Assembly (NCBI GenBank): GCA_965261485.1
Contig: CBDHCY010000005.1
Span: 407,641 to 471,640, forward strand
Direction of reading: 5' to 3'
DNA length: 64,000 nucleotides
Source: Leptospiria bacterium
GTDB lineage: Bacteria > Spirochaetota > Leptospiria > Turneriellales > CBDBES01
Numbering within the stretch: the stretch's first letter is position 1; each line of letters starts with the position of its first letter. The position numbers and the translations under genes are program-made. Positions 51,041-60,876 of this stretch are shown piece after piece. The notes below the pieces were generated by a model. It was given only the letters and a program-made list of their open reading frames with translations, had not been told where the DNA came from and searched no databases.

Positions 51041-51606
51041 TGAGTTTTATATTATTTATCATCTTTCTGGCTCTCTCTGCTTCTTTGATTTTAATCGCTA
51101 ATTATTATCGGAAGCTCTTTTCGCTTTCAAAAGAGAGTTTTAAAAGAGATGAAATTTTATATTTCAAAAATATTATCACTGCTGAATTTAATGCTTTGCT
51201 TGGTTCCCATCTCCCTTCTGCCTATGTGGTAATCGCTGCAGGATGTGCTCTTGGTTTTATTTCTAATCATATGGGTGGCCTGTATGGAGCTTACTATGAA
51301 AGTTATTTTTTTAATTCAATCGCAGTACCTAGTATCATTGTTGTGGCACTTCCTTACCTTCGAGATAATTTTTATCCGAGTATTCAAGGAATTGCTTTTA
51401 TGAAAAAAATATTTGCTCAAGATACACTCTTTTTATATGCGGTATCTGCTACAATTATGACACAAATTATAGTAACTTTTGGTATTTATCATTCAATTAA
51501 TTTTTTATGGGTTATTTTAAATTATACAGGCATACTTTTGCTTGTTCTGTATTATATTTATTCCAAAGAAAAAATCATAACTTTGGAAAACTTTGACCAA
51601 AATTAA
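51040..51606 (+). CDS. Hypothetical polytopic membrane protein
   Basis: 188 aa with about five hydrophobic helices. The GTG start abuts the gltA stop. No motif recognised. Confidence 0.45.
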   Translation: MSFILFIIFLALSASLILIANYYRKLFSLSKESFKRDEILYFKNIITAEFNALLGSHLPSAYVVIAAGCALGFISNHMGGLYGAYYESYFFNSIAVPSIIVVALPYLRDNFYPSIQGIAFMKKIFAQDTLFLYAVSATIMTQIIVTFGIYHSINFLWVILNYTGILLLVLYYIYSKEKIITLENFDQN

Positions 51607-51616
51607 TCGTTATTTC

Positions 51617-52825
51617 ATGAGAAAGGCCTATGAAGAGGCCTTCCATGCTATTGGATTGTCTGACCCTAATCCAGCTGTTGGAGCTGTTTTGGTTAAAAAT
51701 AACAAAATCTTAGCTAAAGGTTCGACGATGCCTGTCGGTTTAGATCATGCCGAAATTGTCGCTATACAATACGCACAAAAAAAATATGGAAAAGATATTA
51801 CAGATGGTGCTACTTTGTATGTTAGCTTGGAACCATGCTGTCATTATGGAAAAAAACCACCCTGTGTAGATCAAATTATTAAATCTGGAATTTCAGATGT
51901 ATATATTGATCAAATTGATATTTCTGAAAAAGTTAATGGAAAAGGAATACAAATACTCAAGAAAAATGGTATTAATGTAAATCTTAGCAATAATTCTGCT
52001 TTTAGATTAGAAAAGTTGTTCACTCTAGACCCTTTTTTAAAATTACAAAATAGTGGATTCCCGCTGTGTATTTTAAAATGGGCACAAACAAAAGAAGGTT
52101 GGTTGGCACCTCTTCGAGGAGCTTCGGGGCTTATTACCTCCAAAGCTACGATTGAAATTGTTCATCGATTAAGACATTTTTTTAGAGCAGGTCTTGTAAC
52201 ACCCGGTACAGTTGCCATTGATTGGCCAAGAATGAATGTTAGAGCAAATTTAAATCAATTAAAACAGGCAAAGGCAAAGGATATGCAATCGTATTTATTT
52301 ACAGAATTAATTCAACGTTATGAAATTATAAGAAATCAGGATGTCTTAGAAATGCTTTTATCACTAAAAAACTATCGTTATTTTATTTTACCTCCTTCAT
52401 GGGGGAAAAATAATTTAATTAAATTCTATAATCAACAAGTTGGTCTTGACAAACAATTTCACTTGATTACGTACTCCGAGCTACAAGAAAACCTAATGAC
52501 TGAAATATCTATTCCTCATATACGGTTAACTAAAAACAGACTGTTTAAAGAAGTATTTAAAATTATTGGAGCTCATGGCCATAATCAAGTCATGATTGAG
52601 GCTGGGCCAAAATCAGCTGAATATTTAGCTAATTCTGGAATACTTGATGTTTTAATTTGTATTAAAAGTAAATGCATGGCTCTTTTTCGAGGTGGCCTTG
52701 ACTTTTCATTTAGTAGGGCCATAAGTTATGGCAACGATTTAAATGACTATGGTTATCATAAAATAATGGAATTTGATTATGATACAGATACGGTACTTAT
52801 TTTTTCAACTAAACGTAATCTTTAA
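51617..52825 (+). CDS. ribD: Riboflavin biosynthesis protein RibD (deaminase/reductase)
   Basis: Deaminase motifs PNPAVGAVLV, HAEIVAI and LEPCCHYGKKPPC. The C-terminal reductase-like half is divergent. ATG 51617 fits the family N-terminus. Confidence 0.8.
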   Translation: MRKAYEEAFHAIGLSDPNPAVGAVLVKNNKILAKGSTMPVGLDHAEIVAIQYAQKKYGKDITDGATLYVSLEPCCHYGKKPPCVDQIIKSGISDVYIDQIDISEKVNGKGIQILKKNGINVNLSNNSAFRLEKLFTLDPFLKLQNSGFPLCILKWAQTKEGWLAPLRGASGLITSKATIEIVHRLRHFFRAGLVTPGTVAIDWPRMNVRANLNQLKQAKAKDMQSYLFTELIQRYEIIRNQDVLEMLLSLKNYRYFILPPSWGKNNLIKFYNQQVGLDKQFHLITYSELQENLMTEISIPHIRLTKNRLFKEVFKIIGAHGHNQVMIEAGPKSAEYLANSGILDVLICIKSKCMALFRGGLDFSFSRAISYGNDLNDYGYHKIMEFDYDTDTVLIFSTKRNL

Positions 52826-53288
52826 GCTCTCTTTGAAAATCTCTTTCCATATTTCTTTCTTTCAAAACGTGGCGTTTATCATGCTTTTTTTTACCTTTAC
52901 ATATTCCTAAAAGTACTTTCACCCACTGTTTGTCAAAATAAAATTTTAAAGGAATAATAACGATACCCTTTTCTTTAACTTTACCGATAAGGCGATGAAT
53001 TTCTTTTTTTTTCAACAATAATTTACGAGGTCTAGTTGATTCATGATTAAAATATGATGCATTTTGATAAGGTTCAATTCTTAGATTTGTAATAAAAATT
53101 TCGCCTGATTTAAATGTCGCAAAAGAATCGACAATATTAATCTTTTTTTCACGAATTGATTTAATTTCACTGCCTTGAAGCATGATACCTGCTTCAATTT
53201 TATTTAATATTTCATAATTAAAGTGTGCTTTTTTATTCGTAATAATTGGATTAGTGGGTTGGTATTTTTTATTATGTTTATTTGGCAT
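52809..53288 (-). CDS. smpB: SsrA-binding protein
   Basis: 159 aa. Motifs NKKA.FNYEI....AGI.L.G.EIKS.R, HE..R.RKLLL.K.EI and KG....PL..Y. Confidence 0.93.
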   Translation of the reverse strand: MPNKHNKKYQPTNPIITNKKAHFNYEILNKIEAGIMLQGSEIKSIREKKINIVDSFATFKSGEIFITNLRIEPYQNASYFNHESTRPRKLLLKKKEIHRLIGKVKEKGIVIIPLKFYFDKQWVKVLLGICKGKKKHDKRHVLKERNMERDFQRELKDYV

Positions 53289-53378
53289 CGTTAAAGTTAT
53301 TTTATTTTTTTGATCTTAGCTATTTTTATTTAAAATATAAAAAAGGCCATTCTAAATTTTAAAATTATGATGCTCCAA

Positions 53379-55070
53379 TTACTGTAAAATAATTTTAAAT
53401 TCTGAAAAAACAGAGTTTTTTCTTTGAAAACTGTGAATAAGTAAAGTTTTTACTCTTCTAATATAACTTAAATATTGAGGGAAAAGAGCTCCCAAGCCAC
53501 TTTTATTGATAATATCATAAAGCTGATTTACATCAACCAAGATTAAACCTGAGCTTTCTTGAGTATTCGCGGAGAGAATATTATTATGTTTTTTAATAAC
53601 ATTTTTTCCGCTATTATTTAGTACTTTATCTATATTTTCTCTTTTGGATAAAATACTTAGTTGAGCATTATGAAAAAGTAAAAAAAATGTCTTTGAAATT
53701 ATTTGTCCTTTTATTCGCTCATTCCAGTGAAATTTCCATAGGTCGTGTTTATTTTTATAAGTCTCTTTGATAAATTGAAATTTATAATTAGTTAACATCT
53801 TTTGTAAAAGATATTCAAGTCTTTTTTTAGTTTTCTTTGATAATATTTGTTTAAGTCCTATATTTGCGATAAAATGAGTGTCTTGTAAATGTAAAGGGAG
53901 TCTTTGGGCTAAAGGTTTGATAATGATGATACTTATATTACCTCTAAGATAAAATTGGAGCATCTTTTTGAGAGGTTGTGCTATCTTGTTTTTTGGAAAT
54001 ATTTTATAAAGATTAATAAATGGAATTTTATTTTGATAGTGCCAAATATATTTAGGGTTAAAAAGACCTGTAAAGTGAAGTATCTTTTTATCTGTATTTT
54101 TATCAAGCTTGAGGCTACCTATTTTTACAGAATAATCTCCTTGCTTTTTTTTAAAAAAGTCTAATTCAAAATCAAATATTTGTTTGTCTCCCTGTTCAAG
54201 AAATGTTGTTTCAAATAGATGCTGTATCGATAAATTAAATTGATTTGAAGTTACAGCAACTTCTCCGCTGATGAGCTTTGTATTTGCAAGAAGAAGCTTA
54301 GTTTTTGGAGTATATGATTTAAAAAAAGGAAACCAGCGTATTTTTTTAATATAGTTAAATAATCCAGAATTAGCAAAAAAACTAGCCAAGTGCCCTTTTC
54401 TTTTTACAGAAGACTCTTTTTTAAAAAGTTGGTATATTGTTGATTTATATAAATTATTTTTTTGAATTTGAGTACTTTTGAGTGCCATTTTTTTATTATT
54501 GCCAAGTATAATATGATGCGTACCTTTTACAAGATAGAAAAGGTGTCTTCCAATAGAGAGCTCCAATAATTTATTTTTTTGTAATTCTCTCACTTTGTCT
54601 AGAATTTTGATATTACTTTGTGTTCTATTATATAAATATTTTTTCAAATATTTATATAATTTATTTGAATTTAACGCAGGAATTAGTAATTGAATGGTAC
54701 CTTGTATTTTTATGGGTGATTTATATAAAATAAGGCAAAATTTGAGATGATTATCAATACCCATTTTTTGAATTTTTTTATTTTCAAACAGGCTTAGGCC
54801 AGTTTTAGAATTGATCCACCGCACCAAAGAGTTCCATTCAATGGTCTTATTTCTGCTTCCTCGTCTTAAGGAAAAATAAAATAATTTTAATTGTTTTGTG
54901 AAGCTTTTCAAATTTTTACCTTCTAAAAATAAAAATATATTTTTGTCTTTTGGGGTGATATTTTCTATATATTTTGCTGGTTCAAAGGTAGGTGCAGAAG
55001 CAATAATTTTAGCACTACATAAGATAAAAATTATAGTATTTAAAAAAAACTTGTAACAAAAAGAGAACAT
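53379..55070 (-). CDS. Hypothetical secreted protein
   Basis: 563-aa Lys-rich ORF with an N-terminal signal (IIFILCSAKIIASA). No motif recognised. Confidence 0.45.
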   Translation of the reverse strand: MFSFCYKFFLNTIIFILCSAKIIASAPTFEPAKYIENITPKDKNIFLFLEGKNLKSFTKQLKLFYFSLRRGSRNKTIEWNSLVRWINSKTGLSLFENKKIQKMGIDNHLKFCLILYKSPIKIQGTIQLLIPALNSNKLYKYLKKYLYNRTQSNIKILDKVRELQKNKLLELSIGRHLFYLVKGTHHIILGNNKKMALKSTQIQKNNLYKSTIYQLFKKESSVKRKGHLASFFANSGLFNYIKKIRWFPFFKSYTPKTKLLLANTKLISGEVAVTSNQFNLSIQHLFETTFLEQGDKQIFDFELDFFKKKQGDYSVKIGSLKLDKNTDKKILHFTGLFNPKYIWHYQNKIPFINLYKIFPKNKIAQPLKKMLQFYLRGNISIIIIKPLAQRLPLHLQDTHFIANIGLKQILSKKTKKRLEYLLQKMLTNYKFQFIKETYKNKHDLWKFHWNERIKGQIISKTFFLLFHNAQLSILSKRENIDKVLNNSGKNVIKKHNNILSANTQESSGLILVDVNQLYDIINKSGLGALFPQYLSYIRRVKTLLIHSFQRKNSVFSEFKIILQ

Positions 55071-55174
55071 GGTACCTCTTAAATAATGAGATGCTATTAA
55101 GAGGGCTTATTTGTAAATAAAAATTTATTAAAATTAGATAAAATAAGTCGATACGAAACCACGAGGTTTATTAA

Positions 55175-56074
55175 ATGACATTTAAAAAAAAAGAAACTAT
55201 ATTTGAAAATTTTGAGAAATATCTTACAATGGAGAGGGGCTTATCACAAAATAGTATTTTCTCTTATATGTTGGATGTATCTAAACTTGATCGTTTTCTT
55301 ACCAAAGGAGAACGAGGACTTATAAAATCAACTCAGCAAGATATTAGTAATTTTTTGAGAGAAGAAACAAGAAAAAAAAGGTCAAATCGAACAAAGGCTA
55401 GAGTTATTGCTTCTTTACGTCAATTTTATAATTATTTAATTTATAATAATCTAATCATAAAAAATCCAATGGAAAATGTGAATGCTCCTAAGATTGAAAA
55501 AACTTTACCTGATTTTTTAACGAAGAAGGAAATTCAAAAATTATTTAGTATATTTGATGAGAGCAATGTGCTTGAATTACGCGATAAATCATTGTTTGAA
55601 CTATTATATACCTCTGGGCTTAGAATATCAGAAGCTTGTAATCTTCTTCTTCTTGATATTGATATGAATCACATGATGATTCAAGTTAAAGGTAAAGGGG
55701 GACGTGAAAGGTTGGTTCCTTTTGGTGAAATTGCTAAAGATTTACTTATCCGCTATTTAAATATCTCAAGAGAAAATATTCTTAGACATAAGAGTTCCAA
55801 TTTTTTATTTGTTTCAAAAAAAGGTGCTTCAATTAATCGCAAGAGTGTTTGGAGACTTTTTAAAAAATATATAGAAAGAGCTAAAATTGATAAAAAAATA
55901 ACCCCCCACACGCTAAGGCATTCCTTTGCTACTCATTTACTTCAAAATAATGTGGACTTGCGATCTGTTCAAGAGCTTTTGGGTCATATTGATGTATCAA
56001 CTACACAAATATATACCCATGTTATTCCAGAACAACTTAAGCAGGTTCATCAAAAGCACCATCCAAGAGCTTAA
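55175..56074 (+). CDS. xerD: Site-specific tyrosine recombinase XerD/XerC
   Basis: 299 aa. Has an N-terminal SAM-like domain and the catalytic residues GLRISEA, HTLRHSFATHLL and LGHIDVSTTQIYTH. Confidence 0.85.
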   Translation: MTFKKKETIFENFEKYLTMERGLSQNSIFSYMLDVSKLDRFLTKGERGLIKSTQQDISNFLREETRKKRSNRTKARVIASLRQFYNYLIYNNLIIKNPMENVNAPKIEKTLPDFLTKKEIQKLFSIFDESNVLELRDKSLFELLYTSGLRISEACNLLLLDIDMNHMMIQVKGKGGRERLVPFGEIAKDLLIRYLNISRENILRHKSSNFLFVSKKGASINRKSVWRLFKKYIERAKIDKKITPHTLRHSFATHLLQNNVDLRSVQELLGHIDVSTTQIYTHVIPEQLKQVHQKHHPRA

Positions 56075-56091
56075 TTACTCTAAATATACGC

Positions 56092-57534
56092 ATGCTAAAT
56101 AAGAGAAATAATACTTTTTCTGAAAAGGAAGATAATTTTGTACATATTATCATCACTCCTCAGCATAAAAATATGATAGTCTTTTGTACATTAAAAGGGG
56201 TTTCCGGGTTAAATATTAGTGAGAGTCAAATTCAACTTGAATTAAATGAAAAAAATATTAAATATGGGATTGACCAAAGTGCAATATCTAAACTAGTTAA
56301 AGCTTATAAAAGTGCCAGCAAAAAATTTATAAATTTAAGTGGGATAGTTGCAAAAGGCCTTTCTGTAACTTCGAGTAAAAATGGGTATATTGAAATTTTT
56401 ATTGCTCCAACTGAAAAAGTCAAGATTCAGAAAGATGGTTCTGCAGACTTTCGAAATATTAATATATTCAAGCAAGTTAAAAAGGGAGATATTCTTGCCA
56501 AAAAACATCCTCCGGTGCCAGGTAAAAATGGGATTGATATTTTTAATAAAGTTGTATTCGCAGAAATTTCTTCGGAAGGAAGCATTGAATATGGAAAAAA
56601 TATTCAGTTTAACTTAGAAACTCAAGAATATATTGCTTTAGAAGATGGCTTTTTTGAAGAGAGAGAAAATTGGATTGATGTTAAGTCGGTTTTACAAATA
56701 AAATCTAATGTTGGCTTAGAAACAGGCAATATTGATTATGACGGGAAAGTTCATATTTTTGGTAATATTGAAAGAGTGGCCTCTGTAAAGGTAAAAGGTG
56801 ATATTATTGTTGATGGAATTATTGAATCTGGAGCAGTGAGTTCAGGCAGTTCAATTTTTTCTAAATTAGGAATTAATACTAAGAGAGAGCATGAGGTGGT
56901 TGCTTTGAAAAATATTCGAACGAATTATGTTGAAAATTCATGTATTATGGCTCATCAAGATATTCTAGTACAAAATTCAATTTTAGGGAGTAAAGTTATT
57001 TCATTGAAAAATATTCTCATGTCTTCCGCAATATCTAGCATTGCTGGTAGTCAAATTTTTGCCTATGGTAATATTGAGGTTGGTGTAATTGGTAATTCAT
57101 CAGGATCTAACGTGCAGCTTACTCTTGGTAAACACATGCTTTATGCAGAAAAGTATAAGATAGTCAAGAATGAGCTCCTGGCAATTCAAAAAGAATTTTA
57201 TAAAAAGCTTGAAAAGGTTAAGGAATTTAAAATACAAATAAAACGACCACAGAGTAGACTGACTAAAGGGCAAATTATAAATATGAAAAAACAATTTAAT
57301 GACTATAAAATTATTGCAAATAAAAGAGATGATTATCAAAAACGAGAGAAAGTCTATCGAGAGGGTATGTATAACCATCAGCCAGTGAAACTTATTGTTA
57401 AATCTAAGATATATCCTGGTGTGGAGATTATTTATAATAATAATGTAATCAATATTGACTCTGAGTACACAAATGTAGTATTTACTTTTGATCCAAAAAC
57501 AGGCGGCTATCATATTAGTCCTATTCAAAAATAA
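56092..57534 (+). CDS. FapA (DUF342) family protein
   Basis: 480 aa. Beta-helix repeats with GN I/V motifs (GNIDYDGKVHIFGNIERVASVKVKGDIIVDGII) are followed by a C-terminal coiled coil, directly upstream of the flagellin genes. Confidence 0.7.
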   Translation: MLNKRNNTFSEKEDNFVHIIITPQHKNMIVFCTLKGVSGLNISESQIQLELNEKNIKYGIDQSAISKLVKAYKSASKKFINLSGIVAKGLSVTSSKNGYIEIFIAPTEKVKIQKDGSADFRNINIFKQVKKGDILAKKHPPVPGKNGIDIFNKVVFAEISSEGSIEYGKNIQFNLETQEYIALEDGFFEERENWIDVKSVLQIKSNVGLETGNIDYDGKVHIFGNIERVASVKVKGDIIVDGIIESGAVSSGSSIFSKLGINTKREHEVVALKNIRTNYVENSCIMAHQDILVQNSILGSKVISLKNILMSSAISSIAGSQIFAYGNIEVGVIGNSSGSNVQLTLGKHMLYAEKYKIVKNELLAIQKEFYKKLEKVKEFKIQIKRPQSRLTKGQIINMKKQFNDYKIIANKRDDYQKREKVYREGMYNHQPVKLIVKSKIYPGVEIIYNNNVINIDSEYTNVVFTFDPKTGGYHISPIQK

Positions 57535-57875
57535 TAATTAATTCATCATTTTTTACTTTTTATCTTAATGGGGTCATTTGATGCTATATTTGCTATCAAA
57601 TTAAATTAATCAAAGGAAATCAAGGCTAATGAGACTTAATCCAGCTTAATTTAGTCTTATCGATTGACCGAGGTTTGATTCGGGGTATGGTCTCTTAAAA
57701 ATAAGAGGTTGTATTCGTGCCAGAGGGCATTTATTGTTTGAAATCAAATAAAACACACCTGTTTTGATGTTTGTGGTGTCATTCTTCCGTGGGGGGTAGC
57801 TTTGTTGATCTTTAGAATCAAGAAGGCTATCCTCTACGGAAATATTTGCCTGAAAATTTAAGTAGGAGAAAAAAA

Positions 57876-58712
57876 ATGATTATAAACCACAACATGAGTT
57901 CAATTAATACTCACAGAGTGTTGAAGTTTAGAGGTTGGGATGTAAATAAATCTATAGCAAAGCTTGCTTCTGGCGAAAGAATCACTAAATCGAGCGATGA
58001 CGCTTCAGGTTTAGCTGTTTCAGAAAAAATGAGAGCCCAAATCAGAGGTCTGCGTCAGGCAGAAAGAAACACTGAGAATGGGTTGAGTTTTATCCAGACA
58101 GCAGATGGTTTTTTGGATCAAGTAGCTAACGTTTTGCAGCGTGTTCGTGTTCTTGCGGTGCAGTCTGCGAATGGTATTTACAGTGATGAAGACCGTCAAT
58201 TGATGCAAGTTGAAGTTTCACAGCTAGTGGATGAGCTTGATCGGGTAGCATCTCAGGCAGAATTTAATCACTTCAAGATGTTTCTTGGTGATTATGCACG
58301 AGGTTCTAGAGTTAGTTCTATGTGGTTTCACATGGGGCCAAACAAAGATCAACGTGAGCGAGCCTATATTGGCACGATAACAGCACTTGCTTTGAAAATT
58401 AATCAAGCAAGTGTGAAAACTGCTTCTGAGTCAAATAATTCAATCGGAATAGTTGACAATGCATTGAATCAGCTTTTAAAGCAAAGAGCCGATTTGGGTG
58501 CTTACGCCAATAGATTGGAGATATCAGCCAAGGGTTTGATGAGTGCCTATGAAAATATACAGGCAGCTGAAAGTCAAATCAGAGATGCAGATATGGCAGA
58601 AGAGATGATTGAGTTTACGAGAAATCAGATACTTGAGACAGCTGCTATGTCTATGTTAGCACAGGCCAACCTCAGAGGACAGAGTGTGTTTCGGTTGTTG
58701 AATGGCATTTAA
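57876..58712 (+). CDS. flaB: Flagellar filament core protein FlaB (flagellin)
   Basis: N-terminus [14 protein letters not shown], then [32 protein letters not shown]-terminus [23 protein letters not shown]. An AGGAG sits 8 nt upstream of ATG 57876. Confidence 0.95.
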   Translation: MIINHNMSSINTHRVLKFRGWDVNKSIAKLASGERITKSSDDASGLAVSEKMRAQIRGLRQAERNTENGLSFIQTADGFLDQVANVLQRVRVLAVQSANGIYSDEDRQLMQVEVSQLVDELDRVASQAEFNHFKMFLGDYARGSRVSSMWFHMGPNKDQRERAYIGTITALALKINQASVKTASESNNSIGIVDNALNQLLKQRADLGAYANRLEISAKGLMSAYENIQAAESQIRDADMAEEMIEFTRNQILETAAMSMLAQANLRGQSVFRLLNGI

Positions 58713-58933
58713 TTTTTCTTGTGAAAGTAAGAAGTATGTCTTAATGGTTCAACTATTTGGTTAAACAAGTGGTTCTTTGAAGTGGTATTAATCTTCTTTC
58801 TTTAGATAATTTCTGAGTTACGCCAGGGGTTGATAAAGTTATCTTCTAGTCTTAAAAAATAAAGTTTATTGAGTTTAAGATATCTTTATCAATCCCTGGA
58901 ACAAGTGCTCCGGGATAGATTGAAGGAGAGAAG

Positions 58934-59782
58934 ATGAAAATTAACAATAACCTTAGTGCGATGTTTGCACATCGACAACTTAAAATTGGTTCTACGAAAA
59001 TGGAGAAGTCAATTGAAAGGCTGTCGACTGGGATGCGAATTAACAAAGCCGGGGATGATGCTACTAATCTTGCTGTATCTGAAAAGATGCGTGCGCAGAT
59101 TAATGGTTTAAAGCAAGCCGAACAAAATGCATTGAACGGATTATCTTTCATTCAGGTAGCTGAAAGTGGGATGACCCAAGTAAATAACATGTTACAAAGA
59201 GTAAGACAACTTTCTGTACAAGCGGCGAATGGGATATACTCTGACACAGATCGATTACAGATTCAAGTGGAAGTTTCTCAGCTCATCGATGAGATTGATC
59301 GAATTTCTACAACAGTCGAGTTTAATCGAAGAAAAGTTCTTACGGGAGACTATGCTAGAGGTTCAGATAGAGCTTCAATGTTCTTTCATGTAGGTCCAAA
59401 TCAAAATCAGAGAATTAAAGCCTATATTGCTACCATGAGTGCTCGTGCCCTAGGCTTATATGAGGCAAATGAAAAAAAGAAGGTTAGCACCGTAGGGGAT
59501 GCCAATGATATGATCGGCACTATTGATGTAGGTTTAGACCGTCTAAACCGAGAGAGAGCCGATTTAGGGGCATACTATAATCGTATTGAGTCTACAACTC
59601 AGGCTCTCGGCAGTGCCTACGAAAATATGGTTTCTGCGGAAAGTCGAGTTCGCGACGCGGATATGGCCGAGGAGTTAATTGAATTTACCAAGAATCAGGT
59701 TGTCTTACGGAGTGGTACAGCGATGCTAGCTCAGGCAAATGCTTTGTCGAGAATAGTGTTTAAACTTATAGACAACCTATAA
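58934..59782 (+). CDS. flaB: Flagellar filament core protein FlaB (flagellin), second paralogue
   Basis: N-terminus MKINNNLSAMFAHRQL. It shares the conserved N- and C-terminal flagellin blocks with the first copy. An AAGGAGAG RBS is present. Confidence 0.95.
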   Translation: MKINNNLSAMFAHRQLKIGSTKMEKSIERLSTGMRINKAGDDATNLAVSEKMRAQINGLKQAEQNALNGLSFIQVAESGMTQVNNMLQRVRQLSVQAANGIYSDTDRLQIQVEVSQLIDEIDRISTTVEFNRRKVLTGDYARGSDRASMFFHVGPNQNQRIKAYIATMSARALGLYEANEKKKVSTVGDANDMIGTIDVGLDRLNRERADLGAYYNRIESTTQALGSAYENMVSAESRVRDADMAEELIEFTKNQVVLRSGTAMLAQANALSRIVFKLIDNL

Positions 59783-59811
59783 AAAATAAACATATATTAG
59801 GGAGAAATTTT

Positions 59812-59833
59812 GGGGCGAGTAGCCCCTTTTTTT
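59812..59833 (+). terminator. Rho-independent terminator after flaB
   Basis: GGGGC-gagta-GCCCC followed by TTTTTTT, 30 nt after the flaB stop. Confidence 0.8.
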
Positions 59834-59987
59834 ATATAAGTACTAATGAATGTTATTTTATATGACTTATATTCCTTAGTATTGCATTTTAAATCGCTCA
59901 ACTGTAATTAATAATTTTTCAAAAAGCAAATTTGAATTGACATCCATTTTCTAATTTGAAGATACTTTGGCAGTCGAATTTCTATTG

Positions 59988-60052
59988 ATCTTATTTTTCC
60001 GTGAAAAGGCTTATCATTGCTTTTTCGGATGTATCTTTTGGAAAAATAAGAT
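59988..60052. repeat. 13-bp perfect inverted repeat with 39-nt spacer
   Basis: atcttatttttcc (59988-60000) pairs with ggaaaaataagat (60040-60052). The spacer contains a smaller imperfect hairpin (gaaaaggc...gctttttc). Confidence 0.8.
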
Positions 60053-60146
60053 TTATTAGGAGTTTGACAGGGTAGCCTTTATAAGTGTAAATGTGCTTAC
60101 TTTAATTTGACTTTCTTCTAAATTTAACAAATAGGCAGGAAAAAAT

Positions 60147-60582
60147 ATGAGAAAAAATAATTTTGGGAACAGAAATGGTTTAAGTATCATGAAGAGAGTT
60201 TTGATGATTTTTCTCATTACGATGTTGACTTATTGTAGTAACACAGGTACTTAGTCCACCATCATGGATAATTGGAACGTGGTTAAGTGAGATTGGCACA
60301 TTTAAGTTTGTTTTTTCAGAAGACAATATTGTGCAAACTGTTGATACAATAAGTGTTGACTTTAAAAAGACTTATCTCAATAATGAAAATAAATATGCAA
60401 CTTACACTGTCACAGATATGTCGAAAGATGATTCTTATACTGTTGAGATTCAAGTTGAGAGCGTGATATCGCTCACGGTAGAGCATGACTTTGTTAAAAA
60501 GAGTGCAAATAATCTAGAGTATACACTAAAATTGGGCGGTGAATCATTGGGCGATGCCATCGTACTGACGAAAGAAGAGTAA
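60147..60582 (+). pseudogene. Small lipoprotein gene interrupted by a frameshift
   Basis: ATG 60147 (or 60189) encodes a signal peptide plus Cys (MKRVLMIFLITMLTYCSNTGT) and ends at TAG 60252. The mature-protein frame (LSPPSWIIGTWLSE...LTKEE*) is open from 60229 in the +1 frame. Removing one nt near 60250 joins the two. Confidence 0.5.
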
Positions 60583-60839
60583 CTTTTTATGAAAAAAACC
60601 ACTGATTAATGCAACACAGGCTACAAGTGACTAACTCGGGGCGTTTGGTTTGTTGAATAATTTTATCTCAATCCAAGAAGTGTGATATCTAGGCACCAAC
60701 ATGCAATTACCCTCGATTAAGCTGTGTGTTAACACCACGATCGTAAATTGTGTGACAAAATGTATATCACATGGTGCTCTGTTCTATGGGTAAAGATAAA
60801 TTATATTTTGTTTTTTTTTAAAATAAAATACTGATCTTC

Positions 60840-60868
60840 TTGACGTATGATACCTTGTTCATGATAAT
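60840..60868 (+). promoter_or_regulatory. Candidate sigma-70 promoter for the rpmC-led ribosomal protein operon
   Basis: TTGACG (60840-60845), a 17-nt spacer, then GATAAT (60863-60868). The first ATG of the rpmC ORF is only 9 nt after the -10 hexamer. Confidence 0.4.
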
Positions 60869-60876
60869 GCCTCGTC

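Noticed and set aside
57100-57528. 142-aa minus-strand ORF, and other antisense or overlapping ORFs (23705-23935, 41320-41613, 1055-1264, 1476-1703, 48467-48649, 58852-59151).
   Set aside because: Each lies fully within, or overlaps the start of, a well-supported CDS on the opposite strand, and has low-complexity, AT-driven composition.
58860-58886. TAAAGTTT upstream of flaB2, matching the sigma-28 (FliA) -35 consensus.
   Set aside because: No GCCGATAA-like -10 element occurs at the required spacing: only a GATA core is present, and with the wrong spacer. The 8-mer is expected by chance several times in AT-rich DNA of this length.
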